A DNA stretch of 64,000 nt from Anaeromyxobacteraceae bacterium. GTDB taxonomy: Bacteria > Myxococcota > Myxococcia > Myxococcales > Anaeromyxobacteraceae. Both the position numbers and the translations under genes were made by a program. The notes beneath the pieces are model-generated. The model saw only the letters and a program-made list of their open reading frames with translations, was not told the DNA's origin and did no database searches. Shown piece by piece: positions 51,452 to 62,093 of the stretch (the first letter of the stretch is position 1; every line of letters starts with the position of its first letter). The DNA is taken from positions 2,304,001 through 2,368,000 of the forward strand of contig JASGHJ010000001.1 of assembly GCA_047602405.1 (NCBI GenBank), in the 5' to 3' direction.

Positions 51452-54400
51452 CTAGAACTGCGGTGCGCCCGGGAGCTTGCGCACGCGGACGAAGGTGTCG
51501 CGGTTGTTGCCGGTGGGGCCCCAGTAGTTGAGGGCGAACGTGAACTGGCCGTAGCCGCCGAGCATGAGGGTGGGCTTGAGGCGCACGCGGGTGAGGCTGT
51601 TGTGGCCGCCGCCGCGCCGCCCGCCGCGGAGCGGGCTCTTCGGCACGCCGATGGTCCGCTCGGGCGAGTGGTAGAGCAGGCAGAGCCCGGAGGGGATGCG
51701 CGCGCTCACCACGCAGCGAACGACCACCACGCCGTGGTCGTTCCAGGCCTCGACCCAGTCGTTGTCGCGCAGGCCGATGGAGTCCGCGTCCCGATCGTTG
51801 ATCCAGAGCGGGTGCGTGCCGCGCGAGAGCGTCAGCATGCGGAGGTTGTCGCCGTACGTGGAGTGGATGCCCCACTTGCCGTGCGGGGTGAGGTAGTTGA
51901 GCTGGAGGCTCGGTCCCTCGGCGCCGTCGCCCGCGCTGCCGACGAGGTCGGGCCCGGGCTTCGGCTTGTAGGTCGGCAGGGCCTCGCCGAAGGCGATGAA
52001 CCCGGGGTGGTCGAGGTAGAAGTGCTGGCGGCCGGTGAGGGTCCGCCACGGCACGAGCCGCTCGACGTTGAGGCAGTAGGCCGAGTAGGTGCGGCCACCC
52101 CCGGTGATCCCGGTCCAGCACGGCGAGTCCAGGAGCCGCCGGGGCTGCCGCGCGAGCTCGGCGAACGTCGTGCGCACGCTCCGGCTGCCGGCGACGAGAT
52201 CGGTGAGCGGGAGCCCGACCTTCTTCTCCTCGGCGGCGAAGGCCCGGTGGGCCGACTCGCCGTTCGTCTCGGGCGCGAGGTGGAGGATCACGTTCGCCGC
52301 GTCGCGGGCCTGCTCGATCGAGGGGTAGCGCTGGCCGCCCCACTCGACCGAGGGCCGGTCGCGCACGAGCTCGTCGTAGAGGTCGTCGACCGGCCAGTTG
52401 ATGCCGTGCGCGGCGAGGCCCCCCGTCCGCACCGCGGGGCCGAACGAGACGAAGCGCCGGTGCAGGTTCACGTAGTCGCGCTCGACGTACGAGAGGCCCG
52501 GCATGGTCTTGCCCGGCTCGGGCGCGCACTCGCCCTTCGACCAGTCCCTGAGCTCGCGCTGCGCGAGCTCGGCCGGCGTGTCGTGCATGAGGGGGCGGGT
52601 GACGATCTCGCGCACCGTGCCGGGGAGGTGGACGCGGGCGAGCTCGCTCACCTTCTCCGCGATGGACCGGAAGATGTCCCAGTCCGAGCGCGACTCCCAG
52701 CAGGGCGGTACGGCCGCCTGCAGGGGGTGGATGTACGAGTGCATGTCGGTGGAGTTGAGGTCGTCCTTCTCGTACCAGGTGGCCGCCGGGAGGATGACGT
52801 CGGAGTAGAGCGCCGTCGTGTCCATCCGGAAGTTGAGGTCGACGACGAGGTCGAGCTTCCCCTCCGGGGCGGGGCTCCGCCACCGGGCGTCCTCGACGGC
52901 GCCCTCGGCCTTCTCCGGCGCGGCGACCGCGGAGTGGGTGCCGAGGTAGTGGCGCAGGAAGTACTCGTGCCCCTTCGCCGAGGACATGAGCGCGTTGCCG
53001 CGCCAGATGAACCACAGGCGCGGCCAGTTCTCGGGCGCGTCGGGGTCCTCCACCGAGAAGCGGAGCTTCTTCTCCACGAGCTGCTCCACCACCCAGCGCG
53101 AGACGTCTGCGTCGGTGGCCGCGCCCGCGGCGCGCGCCTCCTCCACCACGGCGGCCGGGGTCCGGTCGAACTGGGGGAAGAAGGGGAGCCAGCCCATCCG
53201 CACCGCCCGGACCTGGTGGTCCATCGTGTGGCGGTCGGCGAAGGCGCTCGCCTCCGGGAGCGGATTGAGCCGCGCGTCCTCGCCGGCCCCCTCGTACCGC
53301 CACTGGCCGGAGTGGACGTAGTGGAAGGAGGGCGCGTTCTGCAGCCGCGGCGGGCCTGCCCAGTCGAGCGCGAAGGCGAGCGCGGACCACGGCGCGACCG
53401 GCGCGAGCTTCTCCTGGCCGACGTAGTGGTTGAGCCCGCCGCCGTTCTTCCCGACGCAGCCGCAGAGCACGAGCCCGGCGATGGCGGCGCGGTAGGCGTG
53501 ATCGCCGTGGTACCACTGGTTCACGCCGGCGCCGATGATGACCGAGCACTTGCCGCCGGTGCGCTCGGCGGTGGTCGCCCACTCGCGCGCGAACCGGAGC
53601 ACGTCCGCGGCCGGGACCCCGGTGTGCTGCTCCTGCCAGGCGGGCGTGTACGCGCCGCCGGCGTCGTCGTACCCGGCGGGATAGGCGCCGGGCAGGCCGC
53701 GCGAGACGCCGTACTGGGCGAAGAGCAGGTCGTAGACCGTCGCGACCTTCACCGGGCCGCGGATCGTCTCGACGGTGCGCACCGGCACGCCGCGCAGCGC
53801 GACCTTGCCACTGCCGTACTCGTCGAAGGCCACCTCGGCGACCTCGCCCTCGCCGAGGGCGGAGAGCCGCGCGTCGATCGGCTCGCCGTCGAGGCCGTCC
53901 TTCAGCTCGAGGTTCCACTGGCCCTTCTCGTGCTGCCACCGGAAGCCGATCGAGCCGCGCGGCATCCGGGGGGCTCCCTTCGCCCCGTCCCAGACGACGA
54001 ACTTGAAGTCGCCGTTCTCGACCGCGCGCGTGCGCTCGAGCTCGCTCGCGCGGAGCATCCGGCCCGGCCGCAGGCCCGCGGCGCGCTCCTCCAGCTCCAC
54101 GAGGAACGGCGCGTCGCTGTACCGGCGCACGTAGTCGAGGAACGCGGGGGTGGGGTGCTCGTGGTGGAACTCCCGCAGGATGACGTGGTCGACCGCGAGC
54201 CAGAAGGCGGCGTCCTGGCCCGCGTGGATCGGGATCCACTGGTCGGCGTACTTCGAGGTCATGCTGAAGTCGGGGCTCAGCACGACGAGCTTCGCCCCGT
54301 CGTGGCGCGCCTCGGCGGCGAAGTGGACGTCCGGCGTCCGGGTCATCCCCAGGTTGGCGCCCATCGAGACGATGAACTTGGAGTGGAACCAGTCGGCGCT

Positions 54401-55069
54401 CTCGGCGACGTCGGTCTGCTCGCCCCAGACCTCGGGCGAGGCGTTGGGGAGGTCGCAGTACCAGTCGTAGAAGGAGAGGTTCACGCCGCCCAGGAGCTGC
54501 AGGAACCGGGAGCCCGCCGCGAAGGAGAGCATCGACATCGCGGGGATCGGGCTGAAGCCGACGACGCGGTCGGAGCCGTGGCGCTTGACCGTGTGGACGG
54601 TCGAGGCGGCGACGAGCTCGAGGACCTCGGCCCAGGTGCTCCGGCGCAGGCCGCCCTTGCCGCGGGCCTCCTGGTAGCTGCGGCGCTTGACGGGGTCGTC
54701 CACGATGGAGGCCCACGCCGCGACCGGGTCGGCGTGGCGCCGGCGCGCCTCCCGCCAGAGGTCCATGAGCACGCCGCGCAGGTACGGGTACTTCACCCGG
54801 AGCGGGCTGTAGAGGTACCAGGAGGCGGAGATCCCGCGCTGGCAGCCGCGCGGCTCGTACGCGGGCACGTCGCAGGAGATGCGGGGGTAGTCGGTGGCCT
54901 GGGTCTCGAGGGCGACCACGCCGTTCTTGACGTGGATGTTCCAGGAGCAGCCGCCGGTGCAGTTCACGCCGTGGGTGCTGCGCACGACCTTGTCGTGCTG
55001 GAAGCGGTTCCGGTAGAGCTCCTCCCACCGCCGCTCCGACGCGTCGAACACGTCCTTCACCCAGCTCAT
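51452..55069 (-). CDS. narG: Respiratory nitrate reductase alpha subunit
   Basis: [51 protein letters not shown]; no Tat signal. Confidence 0.98.
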   Translation of the reverse strand: MSWVKDVFDASERRWEELYRNRFQHDKVVRSTHGVNCTGGCSWNIHVKNGVVALETQATDYPRISCDVPAYEPRGCQRGISASWYLYSPLRVKYPYLRGVLMDLWREARRRHADPVAAWASIVDDPVKRRSYQEARGKGGLRRSTWAEVLELVAASTVHTVKRHGSDRVVGFSPIPAMSMLSFAAGSRFLQLLGGVNLSFYDWYCDLPNASPEVWGEQTDVAESADWFHSKFIVSMGANLGMTRTPDVHFAAEARHDGAKLVVLSPDFSMTSKYADQWIPIHAGQDAAFWLAVDHVILREFHHEHPTPAFLDYVRRYSDAPFLVELEERAAGLRPGRMLRASELERTRAVENGDFKFVVWDGAKGAPRMPRGSIGFRWQHEKGQWNLELKDGLDGEPIDARLSALGEGEVAEVAFDEYGSGKVALRGVPVRTVETIRGPVKVATVYDLLFAQYGVSRGLPGAYPAGYDDAGGAYTPAWQEQHTGVPAADVLRFAREWATTAERTGGKCSVIIGAGVNQWYHGDHAYRAAIAGLVLCGCVGKNGGGLNHYVGQEKLAPVAPWSALAFALDWAGPPRLQNAPSFHYVHSGQWRYEGAGEDARLNPLPEASAFADRHTMDHQVRAVRMGWLPFFPQFDRTPAAVVEEARAAGAATDADVSRWVVEQLVEKKLRFSVEDPDAPENWPRLWFIWRGNALMSSAKGHEYFLRHYLGTHSAVAAPEKAEGAVEDARWRSPAPEGKLDLVVDLNFRMDTTALYSDVILPAATWYEKDDLNSTDMHSYIHPLQAAVPPCWESRSDWDIFRSIAEKVSELARVHLPGTVREIVTRPLMHDTPAELAQRELRDWSKGECAPEPGKTMPGLSYVERDYVNLHRRFVSFGPAVRTGGLAAHGINWPVDDLYDELVRDRPSVEWGGQRYPSIEQARDAANVILHLAPETNGESAHRAFAAEEKKVGLPLTDLVAGSRSVRTTFAELARQPRRLLDSPCWTGITGGGRTYSAYCLNVERLVPWRTLTGRQHFYLDHPGFIAFGEALPTYKPKPGPDLVGSAGDGAEGPSLQLNYLTPHGKWGIHSTYGDNLRMLTLSRGTHPLWINDRDADSIGLRDNDWVEAWNDHGVVVVRCVVSARIPSGLCLLYHSPERTIGVPKSPLRGGRRGGGHNSLTRVRLKPTLMLGGYGQFTFALNYWGPTGNNRDTFVRVRKLPGAPQF

Positions 55070-55560
55070 CGCTGACCTCCACGGATGGTGTTGGCGCCGG
55101 CGAGGATCTTCGCCCGCGAGGAGCCCGTCCTCCTTCGCCCCGCGAGCCCGATGACCCCGAGGAGGAGGCCCGCGCCGGCGGCGCCGAGCAGCTCCACCCG
55201 GTGGGTGGGCTCCGGCGCGCCACGCGCGGCGGCGGCCGCGAGGAAGGCGGCGAGCGCCGTCCGCTCCTCCGGCGCGAGCGGCCTGCCCGCGTAGAGCGGG
55301 GTCATGGTCGGGAAGGGGAGGTCCTCGAGGAGGCCCTCGATCGCGCCCGGATCGACGCCGGCGAGGCTGGAGAGCGCGGGGCCGAGGTTGGCGGTGGCGG
55401 CGAGCCCCTCGCCGGCCAGGGCATGGCAGGCGGCGCAGGGTGGCCCGCCGCCGCTGAGCGGCCGCTCGCCGGTGAACAGGTCCCTGCCCTGCGCCGAGGG
55501 GGCCTGGGCGATCGCGAGCCGGGGGACGAGGAGGAGCGAGGCCAGCGCGAGGCGATTCAT
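55066..55560 (-). CDS. Membrane-anchored monohaem cytochrome c (NarC-like)
   Basis: Signal peptide, CAACH, FPTM, C-terminal TM; ATGA overlap with narG. Confidence 0.85.
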   Translation of the reverse strand: MNRLALASLLLVPRLAIAQAPSAQGRDLFTGERPLSGGGPPCAACHALAGEGLAATANLGPALSSLAGVDPGAIEGLLEDLPFPTMTPLYAGRPLAPEERTALAAFLAAAAARGAPEPTHRVELLGAAGAGLLLGVIGLAGRRRTGSSRAKILAGANTIRGGQR

Positions 55561-55571
55561 ACCGGTCATTC

Positions 55572-55589
55572 TGGATATGGTTATCCACA
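55572..55589. promoter_or_regulatory. Palindromic operator candidate between the nar operon and the Rrf2 gene
   Basis: TGGATA-tggt-TATCCA in an AT-rich 86-bp divergent intergenic region. Confidence 0.55.
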
Positions 55590-55646
55590 ATCACCAAGAT
55601 GTGTACAGGAGATGACAGGGCTGCCCCGATTGGCTACGTTCCCCGG

Positions 55647-56054
55647 GTGACCTTCTCCGCCTCCGCCGTCCACGCGCTCCGCGCCACGTCCTGGCTCGCG
55701 GAGCACCCCGGGGCCGAGCCCGTGCTCGGGCGCGACCTGGCCCGCGAGATCGAGGTGCCCCCGGACTACCTCGCGAAGGTGCTCGGCACGCTCGCGAAGC
55801 ACGGCGTCCTGCGCGCGACCCGTGGGGCCAAGGGCGGTTACCGGCTCGCGAGGGCTCCGTCGCGCATCCGCCTGCTCGAGATCGTGGAGCCCTTCGAGGG
55901 GACCCGGGCGCGGACGACCTGCCTCCTGCGGCCGGGCAAGCCCTGCCGTCCCTCGACCGCCTGCGCCGCGCACGACTCGTGGAGCAGCGTGACCGAGGCC
56001 TACCGGGAGTTCCTCGAGAACACGACCGTCGAGGACATCCGCGAGCGTCCCTGA
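55647..56054 (+). CDS. Rrf2-family transcriptional regulator (Cys-containing)
   Basis: YLAKVL..L, ATRGAKGGYRLAR, LLEIVEPFEG, C-x7-C-x5-C..H. Confidence 0.92.
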   Translation: MTFSASAVHALRATSWLAEHPGAEPVLGRDLAREIEVPPDYLAKVLGTLAKHGVLRATRGAKGGYRLARAPSRIRLLEIVEPFEGTRARTTCLLRPGKPCRPSTACAAHDSWSSVTEAYREFLENTTVEDIRERP

Positions 56055-56061
56055 CGGGGCC

Positions 56062-58186
56062 TCACGGCTCCCCGCGCGGCTTGGCCTCCGCCGCTCCTCC
56101 CTGGCGCTCCAGGCTGGACAGGAGCTCCTCGATGGCCTCGAGCGACGCGGGCTTCGCGAGGTGGCCGTCGAAGCCCGCGTGGTGCGCCCGGGCCACGTCC
56201 TCCGGCCGGGCGTAGCCCGACAGCGCGATGAGCCGCGCGCTGGCCGCGTTCGGCTCGGCCTTCAGGCGCCGCGCGAGCTCGAAGCCGTCCACGTCGGGCA
56301 GCCCGAGAATCGCAGAGGATCGCGTCGGGCGGCGTGCTCCGGACGGCCGCGAGCGCGGCCCCGGCGTCCGGCGCGCGCTCCGCCGAGTGGCCCGCCAGCC
56401 GCAGCACGTCGACCAGCATCTCGGCCGCGTCGAGGTTGTCCTCCACGACGAGCACGCGCCGGCGGGGCCCCGGAGCGCCGGGCTCCCGTGGCCCCCTCCG
56501 CTGCGGCGGGGACGCGGCGGGCAGCTCCACGACGAACTCGGCGCCGCGCCCCTCGCCCTCGCTGTGTCCCCTCACGGTCCCGCCGTGGAGCTCCGCGAGG
56601 CCGCGCACGAGCGCGAGGCCGAGCCCCAGCCCACCCCGCGATCGGGACAGCGAGCCGTCGGCCTGCACGAAGGGCTCGAAGACCCGCGCGAGCACGTCCG
56701 GCGCCATGCCGATCCCGTCGTCGCGCACGCGGACCACGGCGTGCTCTGCCCCGCCCTGCACCTCGAGCCGCACCCGGCCGCCCCGGTCCGTGAACTTGGA
56801 GGAGTTGAGGAGGAGGTTGCCGACGATTTGCTCGATCCGCGCGGCGTCCGCGTGCACGTGCGGCCCCTCGGGCGGGGTCACCACCTCGAGCTCCACCCCG
56901 CGCACGTCGAACACCGCCCGGAGGTCCTCCGCGGCCGCCCGGGCGGCCCGGCCGAGATCGAGCGCCTCGCGCTGGAGCTGGATCTTGCCGCGGGTGATCC
57001 GCACGACGTCGAGGAGGTCGTCCACCATCCGGCCGAGGTGCGCCACCTGCCGGCCGATCACCTTCCGCGCGCGCACCGCCAGCTCGGCGGTGCCCTGCCC
57101 GGCGTCGAGCATCGCGAGCGCGTTCACGATCGCGGCGAGCGGGTTGCGGAGCTCGTGCGAGAGCACGGCCAGGAACTCGTCCTTGCGCCGATCCGCGTCG
57201 GACACGGTCGACATGGCGGCGCGGAGGCTGGCCTCCGCGTCCCTGCGCGCCCCCACCTGGCGCGCGAGCTCCTCGTTCTGGACCTTGAGCTCCACCTGCT
57301 GCACCTGCAGCTCCTCGTTCTGCGCCTGCAGCTCCTCCTCCTGCGCGCGGAGCTCCTCGTTCTGCACCTGCAGCTCCTCGTTCTGCGCGGCGAGGCGCTC
57401 CTCGCGGTCGCGGAGCGCCTCGGCCATCCGCGCGAATGCGTCCGCGAGCCTCGCGAACTCGCCGCGCGGCGCGGGGCTCCGCTCGAGCTCCGCGGCGGCC
57501 GCGTAGTCGCCCTGCGCGAGGCGGCCGCTGACCGCGACGAGGTGCGCGGCGGGCGCCCGGACCTGGCGCGCCGTGAACCACGCGGTGAGGCCCAGCAGGC
57601 CGCACGTCACCAGGAAGGCCAGCACGAGCCAGAGCTCCGTGCGGTGCCGGTCGGCCTGGATCGCCGCGCTGGCGGCCAGGGACCGCTCGCGCAGCCCCTG
57701 GCGGAACGCGCGCACCCGCTGGAGGATGGGCTCGCGGAGGCCGTCGAGCGCGAGCTCCCCGGCCACCACTTCCTGGTGCGGGGCGCCCGCGCGCACCCGG
57801 TCCGCGAGGTCGCGCACCGCCTCGAGGTAGGCGGGCAGCCCGACGAGGCTCTCCCGGAGCCCGGCGCGGGGGTCCTGCGGGTCGAGGTCGCGGAGCACCC
57901 CCATCTCCTCGTGGATCCGCGCGAGCGCCCGCTCGAGCTCCGCATGGGCAGCCGGCGTGCGCGCGATGACGGCGGAGCGGACCTCGACCGCGACCGCCAG
58001 GATCGCCGCCTCGACCCGGGCCGCGGCGACGCCCGCCGGGGCGATCCGCTCCACCTGGCGCGCCGACTGCTCGCCGATCCGCCCCTGGAAGTGGAGGGCG
58101 GCGCCGAGCAGGAGCCCGAGCAGGAGGGCCGCCACGCCGAAGCCCACGCCGAGCGAGGCGCCGATGGAGGCGTCCCGTCTGGCCAT
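56062..58186 (-). CDS. Membrane hybrid sensor histidine kinase/response regulator; apparent +1 frameshift at ~56308
   Basis: Two TMs, HAMP, NEEL coiled coil, SHELRNPL, N/G boxes (DDGIG, GLGLGL); receiver VEDN...LCD continues LGLPDVDGFELAR...HLAKP in the next frame. Confidence 0.88.
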
Positions 58187-59028
58187 CACGAGGCGCTCCG
58201 TCGCCGGAAGAGCCGGGCCCGCCAATCGACCACCTCGAGCTCGCCGGCCGCCTCGGGGGGAATCCACTCCGCCTCGCCCAGCCACAGGAGCCCCCCGCGC
58301 CGGAGCGCCGCCACGAGGTGCGCCACCACCTCCCGCTGCAGCGCGGCCTCGAAGTAGATGAGCGTGTTCCGGCACGCGACGAGGTCGAACGACCCTCGAG
58401 GGGGCGCCGCCGCGAGGTCCCGCCGCTCGAAGGCCACCCTCGCGCGCAGCGAACCGGCCATCCGGAACGGCAGCCGCGGATCCCCCGTCCGCTCGAGGTG
58501 GCGATGCCGGAGCGCCACCGGCAGCTCCTCGAGCGCCTCCGGGGGGTAGGCGCCGAACGCCGCGGCCGCGAGCGCCGCAAGGTCGACGTCGGTGCCCAGC
58601 ACGTCCGGCGCCGCGGGGGTGGGGATCCCCTCCTCGGCGAGGACGATGGCGAGGGAGTATGCCTCCTCGCCGCGCGCGCAGCCCGCGCTCCAGGCGCGCA
58701 GCGGGTGGGGCGTCGCGCGCCGCAGCTCACGCAGCGCGCGCTGCAGCGCCGCGATCGAGGGCGCGTCGCGCCAGACCCGGCTCACCTTGACGGTCAGGCG
58801 CTCGAGGAGGTGGGCCGCCTCCGCCGGGTCGGCGCGCAGCCGGACCACGTAGGCGGCCGGGTCGTCGACGCGCGCCGCGATCATGGCGTTCCGGATCCGG
58901 CGCTCGACCGTGGCGCGGCGGTAGGCGCGGAAGTCGACGCCGTGGCGCTCCCGCACCTCCGCGAGCATGAGGTCGATCGCCGCCGGGGGGAGGCGCTCGT
59001 CCCGACTCGTCCACGCAGCGTGCGTCAC
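58186..59028 (-). CDS. cheR: CheR-family protein-glutamate methyltransferase
   Basis: GVDFRAYR, AWSAGCARGEEAYSLAI, GTDVD, FDLVACRNTLIYF, LWLGEAE. Confidence 0.9.
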   Translation of the reverse strand: MTHAAWTSRDERLPPAAIDLMLAEVRERHGVDFRAYRRATVERRIRNAMIAARVDDPAAYVVRLRADPAEAAHLLERLTVKVSRVWRDAPSIAALQRALRELRRATPHPLRAWSAGCARGEEAYSLAIVLAEEGIPTPAAPDVLGTDVDLAALAAAAFGAYPPEALEELPVALRHRHLERTGDPRLPFRMAGSLRARVAFERRDLAAAPPRGSFDLVACRNTLIYFEAALQREVVAHLVAALRRGGLLWLGEAEWIPPEAAGELEVVDWRARLFRRRSAS

Positions 59029-59151
59029 GGCAGCCTCCCGATCCAGGAAGCTTCTCCCGCGAACCGGGCCTCGCAGGCTGAGCCCCGGTGGGGAATGGCC
59101 CGCCCGGGCCGGGGTGTAGAATCTCCACTCCACCCCGAGCGAGGTGCCTTC

Positions 59152-59943
59152 ATGAGCACGACCGCGGAGTCCCCCCACGTCGCCCGCGAGGACGCGGGCG
59201 GTGTCGCCACCCTGACCCTGGACCGCGGCGACCGCTTCAACCCGCTCTCGCTCGCGATGCTCACCGGGCTCGAGGCGCGGCTCGACGAGGTCGCGGCCGA
59301 CCGGAGCGTGAAGGCGGTCGTGCTCGCCGCCGCCGGCCGCGGCTTCTGCGCCGGCCACGATCTCAAGGAGCTCCGCGCGCACGCGGGCGACGAGGCCTGG
59401 CAGAGGAGGTTCTTCGGCGACGCGAGCCGGGTGATGGTGAAGCTCACGCAGCTGCCCCAGCCGGTCGTCGCCCGCGTCCACGGCATCGCCACCGCCGCCG
59501 GCGCGCAGCTCGTCTCGATGTGCGACCTCGCGGTCGCCTCCGAGGAGGCGCGGTTCGCGCTGCCGGGCGTGAACGTCGGGCTCTTCTGCTCGACGCCCGC
59601 GGTCGGCGTCGCCCGCAACGTCGGCCGCAAGCGCGCGATGGAGCTCCTCCTCACCGGCGAGCCGGTCGACGCGAGGACCGCGCTCGCCTGGGGGCTCGTG
59701 AACCGGGTGGTGCCCCTCGACGCGCTCGACGCGGAGGTGAAGCGGTTCACCGACCTCGTCGTGGCGCGGAGCGCGCGGGTGATCTCGGCCGGGAAGCGCG
59801 CGTTCTACCGGCAGCTCGATCAGTCCCTCGGCGACGCCTACGAGGGCACCGGGAGGGAGATGGTGAGCGGCATGCTCCAGCCCGACGCCGTCGAGGGCAT
59901 CGAGGCGTTCCTCGGGAAACGCGCGCCGAGGTGGCCGGGGTAG
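59152..59943 (+). CDS. Enoyl-CoA hydratase/isomerase family protein
   Basis: FCAGHDLKE, HGIATAAGAQLV, FALPGVNVGLFCSTP. Confidence 0.93.
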   Translation: MSTTAESPHVAREDAGGVATLTLDRGDRFNPLSLAMLTGLEARLDEVAADRSVKAVVLAAAGRGFCAGHDLKELRAHAGDEAWQRRFFGDASRVMVKLTQLPQPVVARVHGIATAAGAQLVSMCDLAVASEEARFALPGVNVGLFCSTPAVGVARNVGRKRAMELLLTGEPVDARTALAWGLVNRVVPLDALDAEVKRFTDLVVARSARVISAGKRAFYRQLDQSLGDAYEGTGREMVSGMLQPDAVEGIEAFLGKRAPRWPG

Positions 59944-59956
59944 CCCCGGGACCGGC

Positions 59957-61081
59957 TTGCCCCGCGCCCTCCACGTCCCGACCTTCCCGGGAGCCGTGGA
60001 AGCGCGCGCTCCGCCTCTCCCGGGGCCCGACCCCGCCAGGACGGCGCTGCGCGCCGCGCTGCGCATCGCGGGGCTGGGCCTCGCCCTCGCGGCCGCGTGG
60101 GCCGCTCGCGAGGTCCTGCTCCTCGGCTTCACGGCGCTGCTCCTCTCGGTCGTCCTCTCCTTCCCGGTCGGGTGGGTGCAGCGGCTCCTGCCGCGCCGGG
60201 GCCTCGCCGTGCTGGTGGTGCTCGTGCTCGGCGGCGGGCTCCTGGGCGGGATCGGCGCGCTCGCGATCCCGTCGCTCGCCGAGGAGGCGCCGGGCGTCGT
60301 GGAGGGCGCGCCGCGCGCGATCAAGCGGGCGCGGGACTACCTCGAGCGCGGGCGCCGGATGCTCGGGGACGGCAAGGCGACGCCGGCCGCGCCGCCGCCC
60401 GCGGAGCAGCCCACGAAGCAGATCGCCGAGGCGGCCCAGCTCGCGCTGCCGGCGGCGGCCGCCATCGCCACCACCATCACCGAGATCGTCCTCGTCATCG
60501 TGCTCGCCGCGTTCCTCGCCGCGGAGCCCGGCGCCTACCGGCGCGGGATCCGGCGGCTCGTGCCGCCGCGCCACGAGGCCGTGTTCGACGAGGTCTGGGA
60601 GCGGGTGCACCTGGGGCTCCGGCGCTGGGTCGGCGGCATCCTCGTCGCGATGGCGCTCATGGGCGGCTTCACCGCCGCGGGGCTCCTCGCCGCGGGCGTG
60701 GAGGGCTGGGCGCTGCTCGGGCTCCTCACCTTCGTCGGCACCTTCGTGCCCTACGCCGGCGCCGTCGCGAGCGCGGTGCCCGGGCTGCTCGTCGCGGCGG
60801 GGCAGTCGTCTCGCCACTTCCTGCTCGCGATGGGCGTCTACCTCGCCGTCCACGTCCTCGAGGGCTACATCGTGGAGCCGCTCGTGATGCGGCGGGCCGT
60901 CTCGGTCCGGCCGGCGCTGCTCCTCGCCGGGCAGGCGCTGTTCGGGGCGGTCTTCGGCGTGCTCGGCATCGTCGTCGCGACGCCCGCGCTCGTCTGCGGC
61001 CAGGTGATCGTCGAGGTGCTCTGGGTGGAGCGGCGGCTCAGGAAGCCGCCCGCGCCGGACGTGGCGCCGCTCGCGACTTGA
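59957..61081 (+). CDS. AI-2E (PerM) family transporter
   Basis: Multiple TMs; FVPYAG, LEGYIVEP, G..FGVLGIVVATP; start codon uncertain. Confidence 0.88.
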   Translation: MPRALHVPTFPGAVEARAPPLPGPDPARTALRAALRIAGLGLALAAAWAAREVLLLGFTALLLSVVLSFPVGWVQRLLPRRGLAVLVVLVLGGGLLGGIGALAIPSLAEEAPGVVEGAPRAIKRARDYLERGRRMLGDGKATPAAPPPAEQPTKQIAEAAQLALPAAAAIATTITEIVLVIVLAAFLAAEPGAYRRGIRRLVPPRHEAVFDEVWERVHLGLRRWVGGILVAMALMGGFTAAGLLAAGVEGWALLGLLTFVGTFVPYAGAVASAVPGLLVAAGQSSRHFLLAMGVYLAVHVLEGYIVEPLVMRRAVSVRPALLLAGQALFGAVFGVLGIVVATPALVCGQVIVEVLWVERRLRKPPAPDVAPLAT

Positions 61082-61116
61082 GCCCCCGCGGGCGGCGGTG
61101 CTACTCGGTAACTCCC

Positions 61117-62091
61117 GTGCCGTCCCCGGTCCCCGCCGCCCCCGGCCCCTGGCCGCACACCGCGCTCGAGGGGCGCACGCTGCGCCTCGACGGGGATCGC
61201 TTCGAGGTCGGCCTCCCCGGGGACTGGGCGCACTTCATCGACCCGCGCCTGCCCGAGGTGCTCCCGGGCTGGGGCCTCGAGGAGCCGGGGCAGCTGCCGG
61301 GCTTCCGGCGCTCGAGGCTGGAGGCCGGTCGCGTCCTCGCGCTCTCGCTCGACCACGCGTGGGCCGCCGCGGCGTGGGCCCGGTGCCGCGCCGGCGGGCC
61401 GCTCACCGTGGTGCACCTCGACCGTCACACCGACTGCGGCGCGCCGCTCCTCCTCGTCTCCGGCGAGGGGGGCCTCGTCGACTGCCTCAGCGGCGCGCCG
61501 GTCGGCGCGGGCGCGCCGGAGTCGCTCGAGGGCGCGGCCGCGTCGGGCGCGGTGGGCATCGGCGGCTTCATCGCGCCCGCGGTGGCGCTCGGCCTGGTCG
61601 GCCGCGTCGTGCACGTCTACCCCGCGCGCACGCCGCTCCCGGCGCCGCGCGAGCGCACGCTGTCGGTCGGCGCCGGCGACGCCCACCCGCGCCGCCCGGA
61701 CCTGCGCTGGCTCGCCGCGTCGCTCGAGGGCGCCGCGGGCACCCCGCGGTGGAGCGTGCCGTACGTCGCCGCGCACGCCAGCACGGTCCCCGCCGGGCTC
61801 CCGGGGCCGGTCGTCCTCGACGTGGACCTCGACTTCGCGTCGAACCGCTACCGGGGCGACCCGGACTGGGAGGGCACGCCCGGGCCGGAGCTCGCGCCGG
61901 AGGCGTTCGCGGCCGAGGTCGGCGAGGTGCTCGATCGGCTCGAGCCGGCGCGGGTGGTCGGGGTGACGGTCGCGCTGTCGCCGGGCTTCTGCCCGGTGGA
62001 GGCGTGGCGCCCGCTCGCGGAGGCGCTCTCCGGCGTGCTGCGGGTCCGGCTCGGCGTCTCGCTCGAGGGGCTCGGGCCCTGGGAGCGCTGA
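61117..62091 (+). CDS. UPF0489/arginase-fold-like metallohydrolase
   Basis: DH..A...W, VVHLDRHTD, VLDVDLDF, VTVALSPGFCP. Confidence 0.65.
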   Translation: MPSPVPAAPGPWPHTALEGRTLRLDGDRFEVGLPGDWAHFIDPRLPEVLPGWGLEEPGQLPGFRRSRLEAGRVLALSLDHAWAAAAWARCRAGGPLTVVHLDRHTDCGAPLLLVSGEGGLVDCLSGAPVGAGAPESLEGAAASGAVGIGGFIAPAVALGLVGRVVHVYPARTPLPAPRERTLSVGAGDAHPRRPDLRWLAASLEGAAGTPRWSVPYVAAHASTVPAGLPGPVVLDVDLDFASNRYRGDPDWEGTPGPELAPEAFAAEVGEVLDRLEPARVVGVTVALSPGFCPVEAWRPLAEALSGVLRVRLGVSLEGLGPWER

Positions 62092-62093
62092 GG

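Noticed and set aside
49968..55223. 1751-aa ORF suggesting an extended or fused NarH
   Set aside because: The upstream part is an off-frame shadow of narG; real narH starts at 51440 with an SD-like ggagg.
55581..55589. Replication origin
   Set aside because: Only one DnaA box, with no box cluster, unwinding element or dnaA/dnaN context.
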